Below, in pieces: positions 49,725-59,467 of a DNA stretch of 64,000 nucleotides. Source of the stretch: Mantamonas sphyraenae STR306 (lineage: Eukaryota; Protista; CRuMs); the NCBI GenBank assembly GCA_026936335.1, contig JAPMXV010000015.1, positions 186,001-250,000 on the forward strand, read 5' to 3'. The notes beneath the pieces were generated by a model. The model was not told where the DNA came from and made no database searches. It saw nothing but the letters and a program-made list of their open reading frames with translations. The stretch's first letter is position 1. Each line of letters opens with the position of its first letter. A program made the position numbers and the translations under genes.

Positions 49725-51515
49725 TCATTCGCTGGCGATCAGGACGAGCTCGAGCGAGGAGGAAGAGGAGGAGGAAGGTAGGAGAAGGGAGCCTGTGCTG
49801 TTTGTGGCAAGGAGGAGCTGGTGGGAGTCTGCGTGGGCGAGCACTCGCCAACGCCAGGCAAGGGTGTCGTCCCAGGTGGCCAGTTGGGTGTCGTGGTCGA
49901 TGTGCACGTCGACGGTGTGGATGGGTGTGGGTGTGTCATGGATGGAGGCCACAAGGTCAACCTGGCCCACAGTGAGGGTGCTGCAGCATTGCGTGTCCCA
50001 GGACAGCGACACACAGGTCAGGGTGTGACCAGCAGGGATGAGAGTGTACACGTGTGTCCACACCGAATCTTTGTCGTCGTTGTCGTCGTCGTCGTCGTCG
50101 TGGGTGAGCCACGTGTCGAGAACGAGGCCGGTGTCGTTGAGGCGCACACAGAGACCCTTGGGCGCCTCATCGAGAAGGTAGAGAGCCAATACACAGCCGG
50201 AAGAGGAATCATCATCATCATCATCATGGGCACCATCCAGGGATAGGGACAGGGCACCGCCGAGGAGATCGACGTCTTGATGGCACAGTTGGATGGATTC
50301 TGCGCCGGAGTAGGCGGCCAGGTGTTGGCGACGCAAGCGTCCTGCAGCCTCGTCGAGGACGCTGGGCTGGCCGATTTGGGCCAGTCCCAGGTTGTGCCAG
50401 GGCTGGGCACTGAGGCAGCGACCGGCAAGCCAGAAGGATGGGCCAAAACCGCGACAGAACGCCGTCCGTATGGGCAGGGTGTGGAGACGGCCGGTGTGAG
50501 CGTGTGTGCTCCATGCCTGGTGGACACGGGACCAAAAGTCGAGGCTGTGTGTGTGTGTGTCGATGTGCGCGGGGCATTGCTCGTGGACCCAGCCGGGGGC
50601 AAAGACGGCGGCGCTGCATCCGGCCTTGGCAATGACCTCCAGGGCTGTGTCTGTGTGCAGACCGCCGCCGCCGTACGTGTTGCGTCCAAACACGTCGATG
50701 CCGTGCCAGACGTGTGTGGCAGGTCGCTGCAGTGCAGTGGCCAGGGTGGCGGATTCCCGTGGCATGTCTTGGCACCAGGTGTAGTTTGTAAACAGGCCGT
50801 GACTGGTGGCAAGGAAGAAATCCTGATTATTTGCTGACAAGCAGTCTTGCCACGCCAGCTTGCCCTGAACGGTCACGGCGTCGTACCATATGACATGGAG
50901 ACCTGAGTCACGCAGCGCTGCGACAAAGGCCAGCAGGCGAGGCACGAGGTCCAACTCGACGGCGTGTTCGATGTTCACAAGCCAGCCATGGAAGCCCAGG
51001 GTGTGGGCCATGGAGCAAAGGGCGTCCACGGCGCGTGCTGTGGTGTCGTCGTCGGCCAGCAGCCGTGCAAGATCGGCGGCGCCGTCGTCCCACTCGGTGA
51101 TAAACGTACCGAGCACAGGGATGCCATGTTTGCGACACACATCGATCCAGGGCTGTGGTGGAGGCGACACCCGGTGGTGGGCAAAGTAGATGAACAGGTC
51201 TGTGGCGGGCCAGGCGTGCTGGAGGTGAAACACGCCGTCGTCGTCGTCGTTGTCTGCCGTCTCTGCGGATGATGACGATGACGATGATTCTTCTGAGGAC
51301 AGATTCCATTCGCCGTCGTGGTATTTGTCACTCAAGTAGCCTCCTTTCATGTCATGACACACCAGCAGCTGTGGAGGGGGGCTGGAAGACGACGACGATT
51401 CTGGGTCTCGGATATCCAAGGTGTGGCACCAGGAGCGAGGATAAGACGGCCACAATGGAGGTGGTATCCATGCAAGCAGCTCGTCGACGGAATGGAGAGG
51501 CGAGGTGGCCTGCAT
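49725..51515 (-). CDS. ENGASE: Cytosolic endo-beta-N-acetylglucosaminidase (GH85)
   Basis: LLVCHDMKGGY, FIYFAHHRVSPPP..WIDVCRKHGIPVLGTFITEW, GFHGWLVNIE, VIWYDAVT..GKL.WQ, FTNYTW, GIDVFGR, FAPGWVHE. Confidence 0.92.
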   Translation of the reverse strand: MQATSPLHSVDELLAWIPPPLWPSYPRSWCHTLDIRDPESSSSSSPPPQLLVCHDMKGGYLSDKYHDGEWNLSSEESSSSSSSAETADNDDDDGVFHLQHAWPATDLFIYFAHHRVSPPPQPWIDVCRKHGIPVLGTFITEWDDGAADLARLLADDDTTARAVDALCSMAHTLGFHGWLVNIEHAVELDLVPRLLAFVAALRDSGLHVIWYDAVTVQGKLAWQDCLSANNQDFFLATSHGLFTNYTWCQDMPRESATLATALQRPATHVWHGIDVFGRNTYGGGGLHTDTALEVIAKAGCSAAVFAPGWVHEQCPAHIDTHTHSLDFWSRVHQAWSTHAHTGRLHTLPIRTAFCRGFGPSFWLAGRCLSAQPWHNLGLAQIGQPSVLDEAAGRLRRQHLAAYSGAESIQLCHQDVDLLGGALSLSLDGAHDDDDDDSSSGCVLALYLLDEAPKGLCVRLNDTGLVLDTWLTHDDDDDDNDDKDSVWTHVYTLIPAGHTLTCVSLSWDTQCCSTLTVGQVDLVASIHDTPTPIHTVDVHIDHDTQLATWDDTLAWRWRVLAHADSHQLLLATNSTGSLLLPSSSSSSSLELVLIASE

Positions 51516-51583
51516 GCCTTGCAGCGAAGACAAATAGGTGCTGCGGACGGCGCGCAGTGCACCAAGCATCAAGAAAACAAAAA

Positions 51584-52219
51584 ATGTCGACGGTGCATCG
51601 ATGGTTGAGCCCAAAGCAGGCAGGCGATGTGACACAGCTGTTGGGGATGGTGTGTGCAGACGTGTCTGTGGGCCAGCTGGAGTGGCTGGCGGAGGATGCA
51701 GGTTTGTTGGCCACCTCGAGCCACCACGTGGCTGTGGAGCTCGTGCTCATGAGTCATCTCTTTGTGGGCTTCCCCAAAGCCATCAACGGACTGCGTGTGT
51801 TGCGTGAGCATGTGTCGCTGACGCAGGAGGAGCACGCCTGGGCCGAGACTCTTCCCGAGCCGTTTGACCAGCACAAGGCCATGCAGAACATCCAACAGGT
51901 GTACGGAGGGGTCACATCCGCTCTGTGTATGAACATGAAGCAGGCACATCCCGTGATTGAGCGGCAAATGCTGCAATCGTACCAAAACTTCTTTGCTCGA
52001 CCAGGCTGCTCCATTGCACAAAGGGAACTGGGCGTTCTGGCCATGGTGGCTGCCACATACGTGCCAAGCGTGCGTCCGCAGCTCCAGTCGCATGTTCGTG
52101 GGGCGGTACGGTGTGGCGCTGAGCGAGGTGATGTGGTGGGGATGCTGCGTTTGGCGGCACTCTACAATGCAGAGCACAGCAGTGAGGTGATGGACGTGTG
52201 GGAGGAGATGGCAATGTAA
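51584..52219 (+). CDS. Carboxymuconolactone decarboxylase/AhpD-like protein
   Basis: ELVLMSHLFVGFPKAINGL; FARPGCSIAQRELGVLAMVAA; QLQSHVRGAVRCGA. Confidence 0.7.
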   Translation: MSTVHRWLSPKQAGDVTQLLGMVCADVSVGQLEWLAEDAGLLATSSHHVAVELVLMSHLFVGFPKAINGLRVLREHVSLTQEEHAWAETLPEPFDQHKAMQNIQQVYGGVTSALCMNMKQAHPVIERQMLQSYQNFFARPGCSIAQRELGVLAMVAATYVPSVRPQLQSHVRGAVRCGAERGDVVGMLRLAALYNAEHSSEVMDVWEEMAM

Positions 52220-52250
52220 AGAAAGGGCTCTTTGGGAGCGGGGGTTGTGA

Positions 52251-54054
52251 ATGCTCGCATCCTCGGGCAAGGAAAACATGTGGGGAAGCGATGAAAAGGC
52301 GATTGCAGCCATGGAGGCCGGACAGCCGGATGTGTTGCGTGAGCACCTGACGTCCACGGGCAATCGTCCGATGCTGGTGCTTGTTGGTGCCCAGTTGGAT
52401 GATGGGGCGCTGCGTGTGTTGTGGGAGTGCCGACGGGTGGTTCGCGAGGTCGCCCTCTCCGCCTGCACCTTTTCGCCGCCGCTGGAGTGCATGCGTGTGC
52501 TGAGCCAAGTGCTGGGGGACCCAGAGTCGCGTGTGGATACCTTTGCGTTGGACATCTTGTCTAGGTTTGCGGAGGAGGAGGAGAGGGAGCTGGCGGACGG
52601 GCTGGAACAGGCCGGGGATCGGCTGCGTTCGTTGACGCTGTCTGTGTACGGAACGGGGCCCAAACGCTCGTTTGTGCATGCACTGAACGCATTGGAAGCA
52701 TCATGCACAGCGCTAGAGACGTTGACCTTGGGAGGAATTGGCTTGACGGGAGAGGAGGACACGGGCGAAGGCGCCGAGATGGTTGCAAGGTTGGTTGAAC
52801 GCAGCCTGGTCAAGGTGACTCTGGTGAACGTGAGTTTCTGCGTGGCAGCAGTGCATAGGATTGCAGAGGGAGTGGGAGAGGCAACGCGGTTGCGGGAGCT
52901 CTGTGTTGAACGGCCGAACGGCAATCAGTGTCCCGGGTTGCCACAGCTGGTGGAGCAGGCGGCACGCAGCTCGACTGTGACCCATTTGAGTCTTCGGACG
53001 ATTCGAATCAGTGCGGAGGACCTGATTGAAGTGGCAGAGGCGTTGGCGAGCGCAGGCAGCAAGTGGCGACATGTGAACTTGAGCGGGCTGAAAGCAGAGG
53101 AGAGCTTCATGCGCTCACTGGTGGGACCGCAAACGATGCACTTGGGCGATGTCGATGCATTGGAGGAGGGCCAGCTTGCCCTGTGTCGTGCCTTGGGAGG
53201 CATGGTCAGATTGCATTGTTTGAGGTTGTCGATGGTGGAGTTCAGTGCTAGCGGGTACGTGGAACTGGCACAGGCGCTGGCCAAGATGACACAGCTGCGC
53301 ACATTGGAATGCGGAGACAGGAGTATGGATGCAAAGGCGGTGGAGGCGGTGTGTGAAGGGGTCCGTGTCCATCCAACGCTGACCAGTGTTCACCTGTCCT
53401 ACGCCGTGAACATTCCGGAAGAGACCGCACAGAGGGTGTTGGGCATGGTGGAGGAGAATGAGATGCTTCAGGAGGCAGCGGGTGTGTGGGAGCTGCTGCG
53501 GGAATACGATAATTTGTTGGAGGCGACAGTGGGGCTGGTGAAGCGCAGGCGCAGGCTGAGAGAGGTTTCTCGCAATGGGATGTGCCATCAACAGGCCCTG
53601 TGGAGGAATGCAAGGCTGGCAAAGGAGCTTGCAGAGGCGGCGCGCGTTGGGGATGTCCCAAAGGTGCGGGAGGCGTTGGAGGGTGGTCTGTCGGTCAACA
53701 CGGTTTTTCGCAACGCATCTGTGGTCAACGGGACATTGGAGGGCGGGCACGTGGAGGTGTGGGAGGTGCTGGAGGAGTATGGGTTGAGGGGGGAGTTGAC
53801 AGAGTGGGAGAAGGAGCAATGTGGGGAGATTGTGAGGGAGAAGGGTGTGTGGAGGAAGGAATGGCATTGGGTGATGGGTGAGGAGGTGGATGAGAGGATA
53901 GAGGTGGCACTGGTGATGAACATGGAGGAGAGAGATGTGATGTTTGAGGCGGGTGGGATGGAGGGGTATGTGGAAGAGACGGGGGTGGGAGGGATGGGTG
54001 ACACTGCCGGATGAGGTGATGGAAAGGGTGGAGAGGTGGTTGGGGGCGGGATGA
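52251..54054 (+). CDS. RNI-like LRR protein + ankyrin-like unit + conserved C-terminal module (LRR-1); +1 G in a homopolymer at ~53981
   Basis: LxxLxL repeats (LRSLTLS, LETLTLG, LRELCVE, VTHLSLR); ANK-like LAEAARVGDVPKVREALEGGLSVNT. A G5 run (G4 in the other copies) shifts the last ~24 codons; the corrected end is TGA 54052-54054. Confidence 0.8.
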
Positions 54055-54106
54055 GGTGAGTGATGGAATGTATGGTCATCGTGAGGCGATCTGGCGGGCA
54101 GCTCAA

Positions 54107-55839
54107 ATGGCGCGCACACGACAAAGCGGGAGGAAGCCTCAAAGGCCCCTGAAGAGGGCGTTGGAGGGCACTGTGGAGGATGTGCGAGTGCAGATTCGAA
54201 GGGCACAACACACGGTCAGAGTGGATTGGGTTTCAATGACGGAAGAAGAGTTGGCCAAGCTGCAGGAAGCGTGCGAGGGGGTGGAAGTGCGAGCGTTGTC
54301 GCTGAACTGTGGCAAAGTGCCGATGGGGTCTGTGGGGGCATTTCTGGAAGGGTGCATGGCACAGCAGAGGCACTTGCAGGTGTTGAAGCTGCACCAACTG
54401 GCCCAGGAGAGAAGGCGAGGGCCAGGATGGACGGGCAAAGTTGTTCCAAGCGCTGGAGCTGGTGGGAGGGGCGCTTCGTGAGTTGAGAGTGAAGCGGTCA
54501 ATGTTTTCATGGGGACTCCCCTTCGTGGGTGGGTGTGTGTGATGCGGTGGCCAACGGGTGCCCGATGCTGGAGGAGTTGTGGTTGGACGAAGGCATGACT
54601 TTGGAGGACCTTGGACGGGTGCTGCACTCTTGCACGAGGCTGAAAGTGTTGCGCATGACAAGGTTCGGATTGGAGAGTGAGGAGGAGACACTGGAGATGG
54701 CACGGCTGATCGGGAAGAGCAGGTTGCGTCATTTGAAATTCTGGTTCACAGTTGCTACGTCGTCGTTTGACTACGGTGGCATTGTTGAGGAGATGCTTGG
54801 ATGTGGGACACTGCGAGACATATGCATCTCTGGCACAGTGGGGGTAGCAAAAGCTGAGAAAGGGCTGGCAAGGGCGTTGGAGGGCGGTGGCGGGCAACTG
54901 CGCCGGCTGGATCTCCAGAGGCTGCGCGTGAGGAAGAGGTTGGAGAAAGAGTTTCGGGAGAGTGGAGAATCGATGATGTTGGGATTGTGCGAGGCGTTGC
55001 AGAGGCACACGCAGCTGGAGATGGTTGGATTGGGCATGGAGTTGGATGCGAAGGAGGCAACAGCGCTGGCGACGGCGTTGGAAGGGATGAAGGGTCTGCG
55101 AGAGGTGTGCTTGCCGCATGGAAGCACATCGGATGAAGGAATGATTGCAGTGGCGGATGTGCTGCGTGTGCATCCGACAGTGGTGCAGGTGACGTTGGGA
55201 TCGTACTTGAAGGAACGAGTGAGCGATGAGGTGGGTGATGCGCTGTTGAGGATGGTAGAAGAGAATGAGAGGTTGATAGAGGCAATTGGACCTTGGGCAA
55301 AGAGAGATGTGAACATGGAGGTGCGGGAGAAAGTGTTGAAGGCAGTGGAAGGACGTGTGCGGCTGCAGCGAATTGGGGGATATGGGGATGGTTTTGAAGG
55401 TGCAAAGAGGTTGGTGAAGGCGCAGAGCGTGGATGCGGTGCGGGAGGAATTGGAGAGGGGGATGTGGGTGAACACGCGCGTGATGGGATTGGAAGAAAGG
55501 GAGTGGTTGGTGGAGAATGTGCTGGTGAGAGGGGATGTGGAGGTGTGGGAGGTGCTGGAGGAGTTTGGGTTGCGGGGGGAGTTGACAGAGTGGGAGAAGG
55601 AGCAATGTGGGGAGATTGTGAGGGAGAGGGGTGTGTGGAGGAAGGAATGGCATTGGGTGATGGGTGAGGAGGTGGATGAGAGGATAGAGGTGGCACTGGT
55701 GATGAACATGGAGGAGAGAGATGTGATGTTTGAGGCGGGTGGGATGGAGGGGTATGTGGAAGAGACGGGGTGGGAGGGATGGGTGACACTGCCGGACGAG
55801 GTGATGGAAAGGGTGGAGAGGTGGTTGGCGGTGGGTTGA
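54107..55839 (+). CDS. LRR-ANK-module protein (LRR-2); two frameshifts (~54408, ~54525), either sequencing errors or a pseudogene
   Basis: ORFs 54056..54481 and 54529..55839 are both collinear with LRR-6; CAG GAG AGA here vs CAG GGA GAA in LRR-6. Confidence 0.7.
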
Positions 55840-55913
55840 GTGGGACAATGAAACATTTGAGTTCACCCAAGAACAATGCATTCCATCGCTGCGACTTCTG
55901 GAGCAAATGAACC

Positions 55914-57656
55914 ATGTTCCAGGACGAAGAAGTACTCGCATGCTTGCACAACAGGGACAAAGAGGGGTTGGCGGATCTCATCACACCTTGTGGTGGCCTT
56001 TGGATGGAGGCTTCCAAGGTGACGGCAGCAGAGATGGAGGTTCTGGCTGAGTTGACCTCGGGAATGAACTTCCAGTTGCTGGCGTTCTGCAGCATTCCTG
56101 TGGAGGAAGAAGCTGAAGCCTGGTACGCAGCACTTGGATCTTTGATGATGGAGCCCAGGGATCTCACCGACCTTTTGCTTCAGGACATTGGAGTCTTCAG
56201 CCCACTTCCAGAAAAGGCAGCGCTTTCCCTGGCAAACGCTCTGCAACACGGCAAACACAGGATTTCGTGCTTGGATTTCACAGGGACGTTTCCACTGGGT
56301 GATGCAGCGTTTGGGCACATGGCCAACGCACTGACAACGTGGCCCTCGTGGCAGCTGGAGAGCTTGGAGCTCTCTGGAACGGACATCTCGGACGAGAGTG
56401 TGCCTGCACTGAAGCAGGTGATTGCCCATTCGACGCAACTGCACTCATTGGATGTGTCTCGCACCCGTTTGTCTCTGACGGGACTGGAGACGCTGGGCAA
56501 AGCGATGTGTGGTTCCGGGTCGCTGCGGAAAGTGACGGTGGGCCGACCGCACATGCGCAGGGTGGATGGTGAGCCAACGATGGGCGCTGTTATGGATCGT
56601 ATGTTGGGAGGGGTCGCTGTGCGAGAGGTGCAACTGTGTGGGATGTTGGACAGGGTGGCGGAGATTGACCTTGCGCGTGCGTTGCTGGATCGCGGTGAGC
56701 ATCTCCACATGCTGAAAATGGACAAGATGTCTATGGAAAGGGCAGAGAGTGAGGAGAAAGGGATGGATTTGATGGATGCGGTGGTGCAGATGCCCCATCT
56801 GGACACATTGCATGTGGATGCGAGGCGTATGTCAAACACGGCGCTGGAGAGGCTTGCCAGTGGGTTGAACGAGGGCATGCGAGAACTGCGTGAGCTGGAG
56901 GTGCTGAACATGAATCCAGAGATGATGTGTGTGGTGTGTTTTGCGGTGGCCGCGCATCCGGGTCTGATCAAGGTGACGTTTCAAGGCAGCCAGCAGCTCA
57001 TCAACGATGAGGTGAAGAGTGCGATAGAGCACATGGTGAGCACGAACAATCGACTGCATTACTTTGCGGGACCGCGGGAGTTGCGTCAGGACGCCGCGCA
57101 GCGAATTGCGGATGTGGTGCGTGACAAGGGTGCTTCCTCCAACATGCAATTCATCAAAGTCGGCATGGGCAGGGGAGCGGAGCCTGCACACAATGTGTCA
57201 CGGTGCAAAGACCTGTTTGCTGCCATGAAGGTGGAGGACGTGGAGGGGATGCGGGAGATCCTGGACAGCGGGGTGTGGGTGAACACGGTGGTGGACTACA
57301 CATCGAAGTATGCTCTGAGCCAGGCAACGATACGGCATGGGCATGCAGAAGCATGGAGGGTGTTGGAGGAGTACGGGCTGCGGGAGGAGCTGAACGAGAG
57401 GGAGCGGGATATTTGCAAAGCTGTGGCATTGAAGGCGCAGAGATGGAACCCAGCGTGGCATTGGTTGATGGATGAGGATGTGGATGAGAGGATAGAGGTG
57501 GCACTGGTGATGAACATGGAGGAACGGGAGGTGATGTTTGGGGCAGGTGGGATGGAGGGGTATGTGGAAGAGACAGGGTGGGAGGGATGGGTGACACTGC
57601 CGGATGAGGTGATGGACAGGGTGTTGAAGTGGGTGGCGGTGGGCTGGGGTGTGTGA
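55914..57656 (+). CDS. LRR-ANK-module protein (LRR-3), most divergent member
   Basis: LESLELSGTDISDE, LHSLDVSRTRLS; C-terminus WHWLMDEDVDERIEVALVMNMEER...WVTLPDEVMDRVLKWV. Confidence 0.85.
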   Translation: MFQDEEVLACLHNRDKEGLADLITPCGGLWMEASKVTAAEMEVLAELTSGMNFQLLAFCSIPVEEEAEAWYAALGSLMMEPRDLTDLLLQDIGVFSPLPEKAALSLANALQHGKHRISCLDFTGTFPLGDAAFGHMANALTTWPSWQLESLELSGTDISDESVPALKQVIAHSTQLHSLDVSRTRLSLTGLETLGKAMCGSGSLRKVTVGRPHMRRVDGEPTMGAVMDRMLGGVAVREVQLCGMLDRVAEIDLARALLDRGEHLHMLKMDKMSMERAESEEKGMDLMDAVVQMPHLDTLHVDARRMSNTALERLASGLNEGMRELRELEVLNMNPEMMCVVCFAVAAHPGLIKVTFQGSQQLINDEVKSAIEHMVSTNNRLHYFAGPRELRQDAAQRIADVVRDKGASSNMQFIKVGMGRGAEPAHNVSRCKDLFAAMKVEDVEGMREILDSGVWVNTVVDYTSKYALSQATIRHGHAEAWRVLEEYGLREELNERERDICKAVALKAQRWNPAWHWLMDEDVDERIEVALVMNMEEREVMFGAGGMEGYVEETGWEGWVTLPDEVMDRVLKWVAVGWGV

Positions 57657-57684
57657 CGATGGTGCGGCAAGGGCGGCAACGGAA

Positions 57685-59433
57685 ATGCAGGCTGCCCTTG
57701 AGATCGCCTTGAGTGGCGGCGTAGACGATGTGAAGATGGAGATTGTGCGAGCTGGTGGTGTGATTGACGCACGGACGTTTGTGTTGAATGAAGAGCAGCT
57801 GAGTGTGTTGGAGGGGGCTGTCGAGGAAGTGGACGGCGACGTACACAGGGTGGAGCTCAATTGTCATATCCTGCCCCAATCGGCACTTGCACGTTTTGTG
57901 TCAACGCTGAATGGGCTGGCAAGCCGACTAGAGGTTCTGCGGCTGGAATGGATGGGAATACGTGGCTACGAAGGGAATCTGGAGCGGCAGCGGCTGTGTG
58001 ATGCGGTGTCCGGTTGTTCCACACTACGCGTGTTTTTCCTGTCCTATGACCCGTTTTGCGGCAGTCAGGAAGGAGACGCGAGCATGTTTGAGGCTTTGGC
58101 AACCGGGTGTCCGGCGTTGGAGGAGGTGCGGCTGGCAGAGTCGCCTACCCAGCCGTCGTTTGCTCGGATGATGCAGGGATGCACACAGTTGAGGACACTG
58201 GAGCTTCCAAGCATCGGCAAATGGAACCATGATACGCCAGGGTGGCTGTCAACGGAGATTGGGGGTAGTTGTTGTTTGCGGCGGTGTTTGCTCTCGTTCA
58301 ATGGCCACGTGGGCGACTTTGGGGCATTCTTCGAGGCCATCGTGGCGTGTGGAACACTGCGTGAATTGATACTGTCGGGAAAGGCGGTGCAAGACAAGGA
58401 GGGGTTGGCTGGGCTTGCAGAGGCGTTGGAACGTGGCTGCGGGCGGCAGCTTCGTCGTTTGGACTTGAGCAGGCTGGAACTGAGGAATGGCAAGGACAGA
58501 ATTGCAGCGGGAGGGACAACAATGATGTTGGGTGTGTGCAAGGCGTTGAAGACACACACACAACTGCACATGCTGGGTCTAGGAGTGGCACTGGATTACA
58601 GCGGGTGTCTGGCGCTGGCAGAGGCGTTGGAAGGGATGCAGGAGCTGCGAGAGGTGAGTCTCCCCTTTGGGAGTGCATCCAATGAGGGTATGTGTACCCT
58701 CGCGGAGGCGTTGCGTGTGCATCCGACAGTGGAACGCGTTGATCTCTCGTCAATGAGGGATGCAAAGTTGACTGAGGAAGTGGGGGAGGCACTCGTGAAG
58801 ATGGTGGCTGAGAAAGATAGGTTGCAGTTTGCATTGGCACCGTGGTCAAGAATCGGGATGAACATGGACCTGCGTGTGGCGTTGATGGAGGCGGTCGCAG
58901 GGTTTGTTCGGCTGCAGTGGGTCGGAAAAGGGCCTGGCAAGGGTTGGACCCCACCGCAATTTGCGAGTGAGTTGTGCAAAGAGAACACAGAGTGTGCACA
59001 GAGGTTGGTGAAGGCGGAGAGTGTGGAGAGTGTGCGGGAGGAGCTGGAGAGGGGCTTGGGAGTGAACACGCGTGTGGCAGGCAGGGGTGGAGGGGAGTGG
59101 GTGGTGGAGAATGTGTTGGTGAAGGGGGATGTGGAGGTGTGGGAGGTGTTGGAGGAGTATGGGTTGAGGGAGGAGTTGACAGAGTGGGAGAAGGAGCAAT
59201 GTGGGGAGATTGTGAGGGAGAGGGGTGTGTGGAGGAAGGAATGGCATTGGGTGATGGGTGAGGAGGTGGATGAGAGGATAGAGGTGGCACTGGTGATGAA
59301 CATGGAGGAGAGAGATGTGATGTTTGAGGCCGGTGGGATGGAGGGGTATGTGGAAGAGACGGGGTGGGAGGGATGGGTGACACTGCCGGATGAGGTGATG
59401 GAAAGGGTGGAGAGGTGGTTGGCGATGGAGTAG
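57685..59433 (+). CDS. LRR-ANK-module protein (LRR-4)
   Basis: LEVLRLE, LEEVRLA, LRTLELP, LRRLDLS repeats; conserved C-terminal module. Confidence 0.85.
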   Translation: MQAALEIALSGGVDDVKMEIVRAGGVIDARTFVLNEEQLSVLEGAVEEVDGDVHRVELNCHILPQSALARFVSTLNGLASRLEVLRLEWMGIRGYEGNLERQRLCDAVSGCSTLRVFFLSYDPFCGSQEGDASMFEALATGCPALEEVRLAESPTQPSFARMMQGCTQLRTLELPSIGKWNHDTPGWLSTEIGGSCCLRRCLLSFNGHVGDFGAFFEAIVACGTLRELILSGKAVQDKEGLAGLAEALERGCGRQLRRLDLSRLELRNGKDRIAAGGTTMMLGVCKALKTHTQLHMLGLGVALDYSGCLALAEALEGMQELREVSLPFGSASNEGMCTLAEALRVHPTVERVDLSSMRDAKLTEEVGEALVKMVAEKDRLQFALAPWSRIGMNMDLRVALMEAVAGFVRLQWVGKGPGKGWTPPQFASELCKENTECAQRLVKAESVESVREELERGLGVNTRVAGRGGGEWVVENVLVKGDVEVWEVLEEYGLREELTEWEKEQCGEIVRERGVWRKEWHWVMGEEVDERIEVALVMNMEERDVMFEAGGMEGYVEETGWEGWVTLPDEVMERVERWLAME

Positions 59434-59467
59434 GGTTGGGTGATGACGCTGGGGGAGACAATGAAAC

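Noticed and set aside
33700-54530. Programmed frameshifting or stop-codon reassignment to explain broken ORFs
   Set aside because: At least two breaks are single-base homopolymer differences from intact paralogs (A8 vs A7 in RPL22, G5 vs G4 in LRR-1). TAA, TAG and TGA all end conserved genes. Sequencing error is simpler, though LRR-2 may be a true pseudogene.
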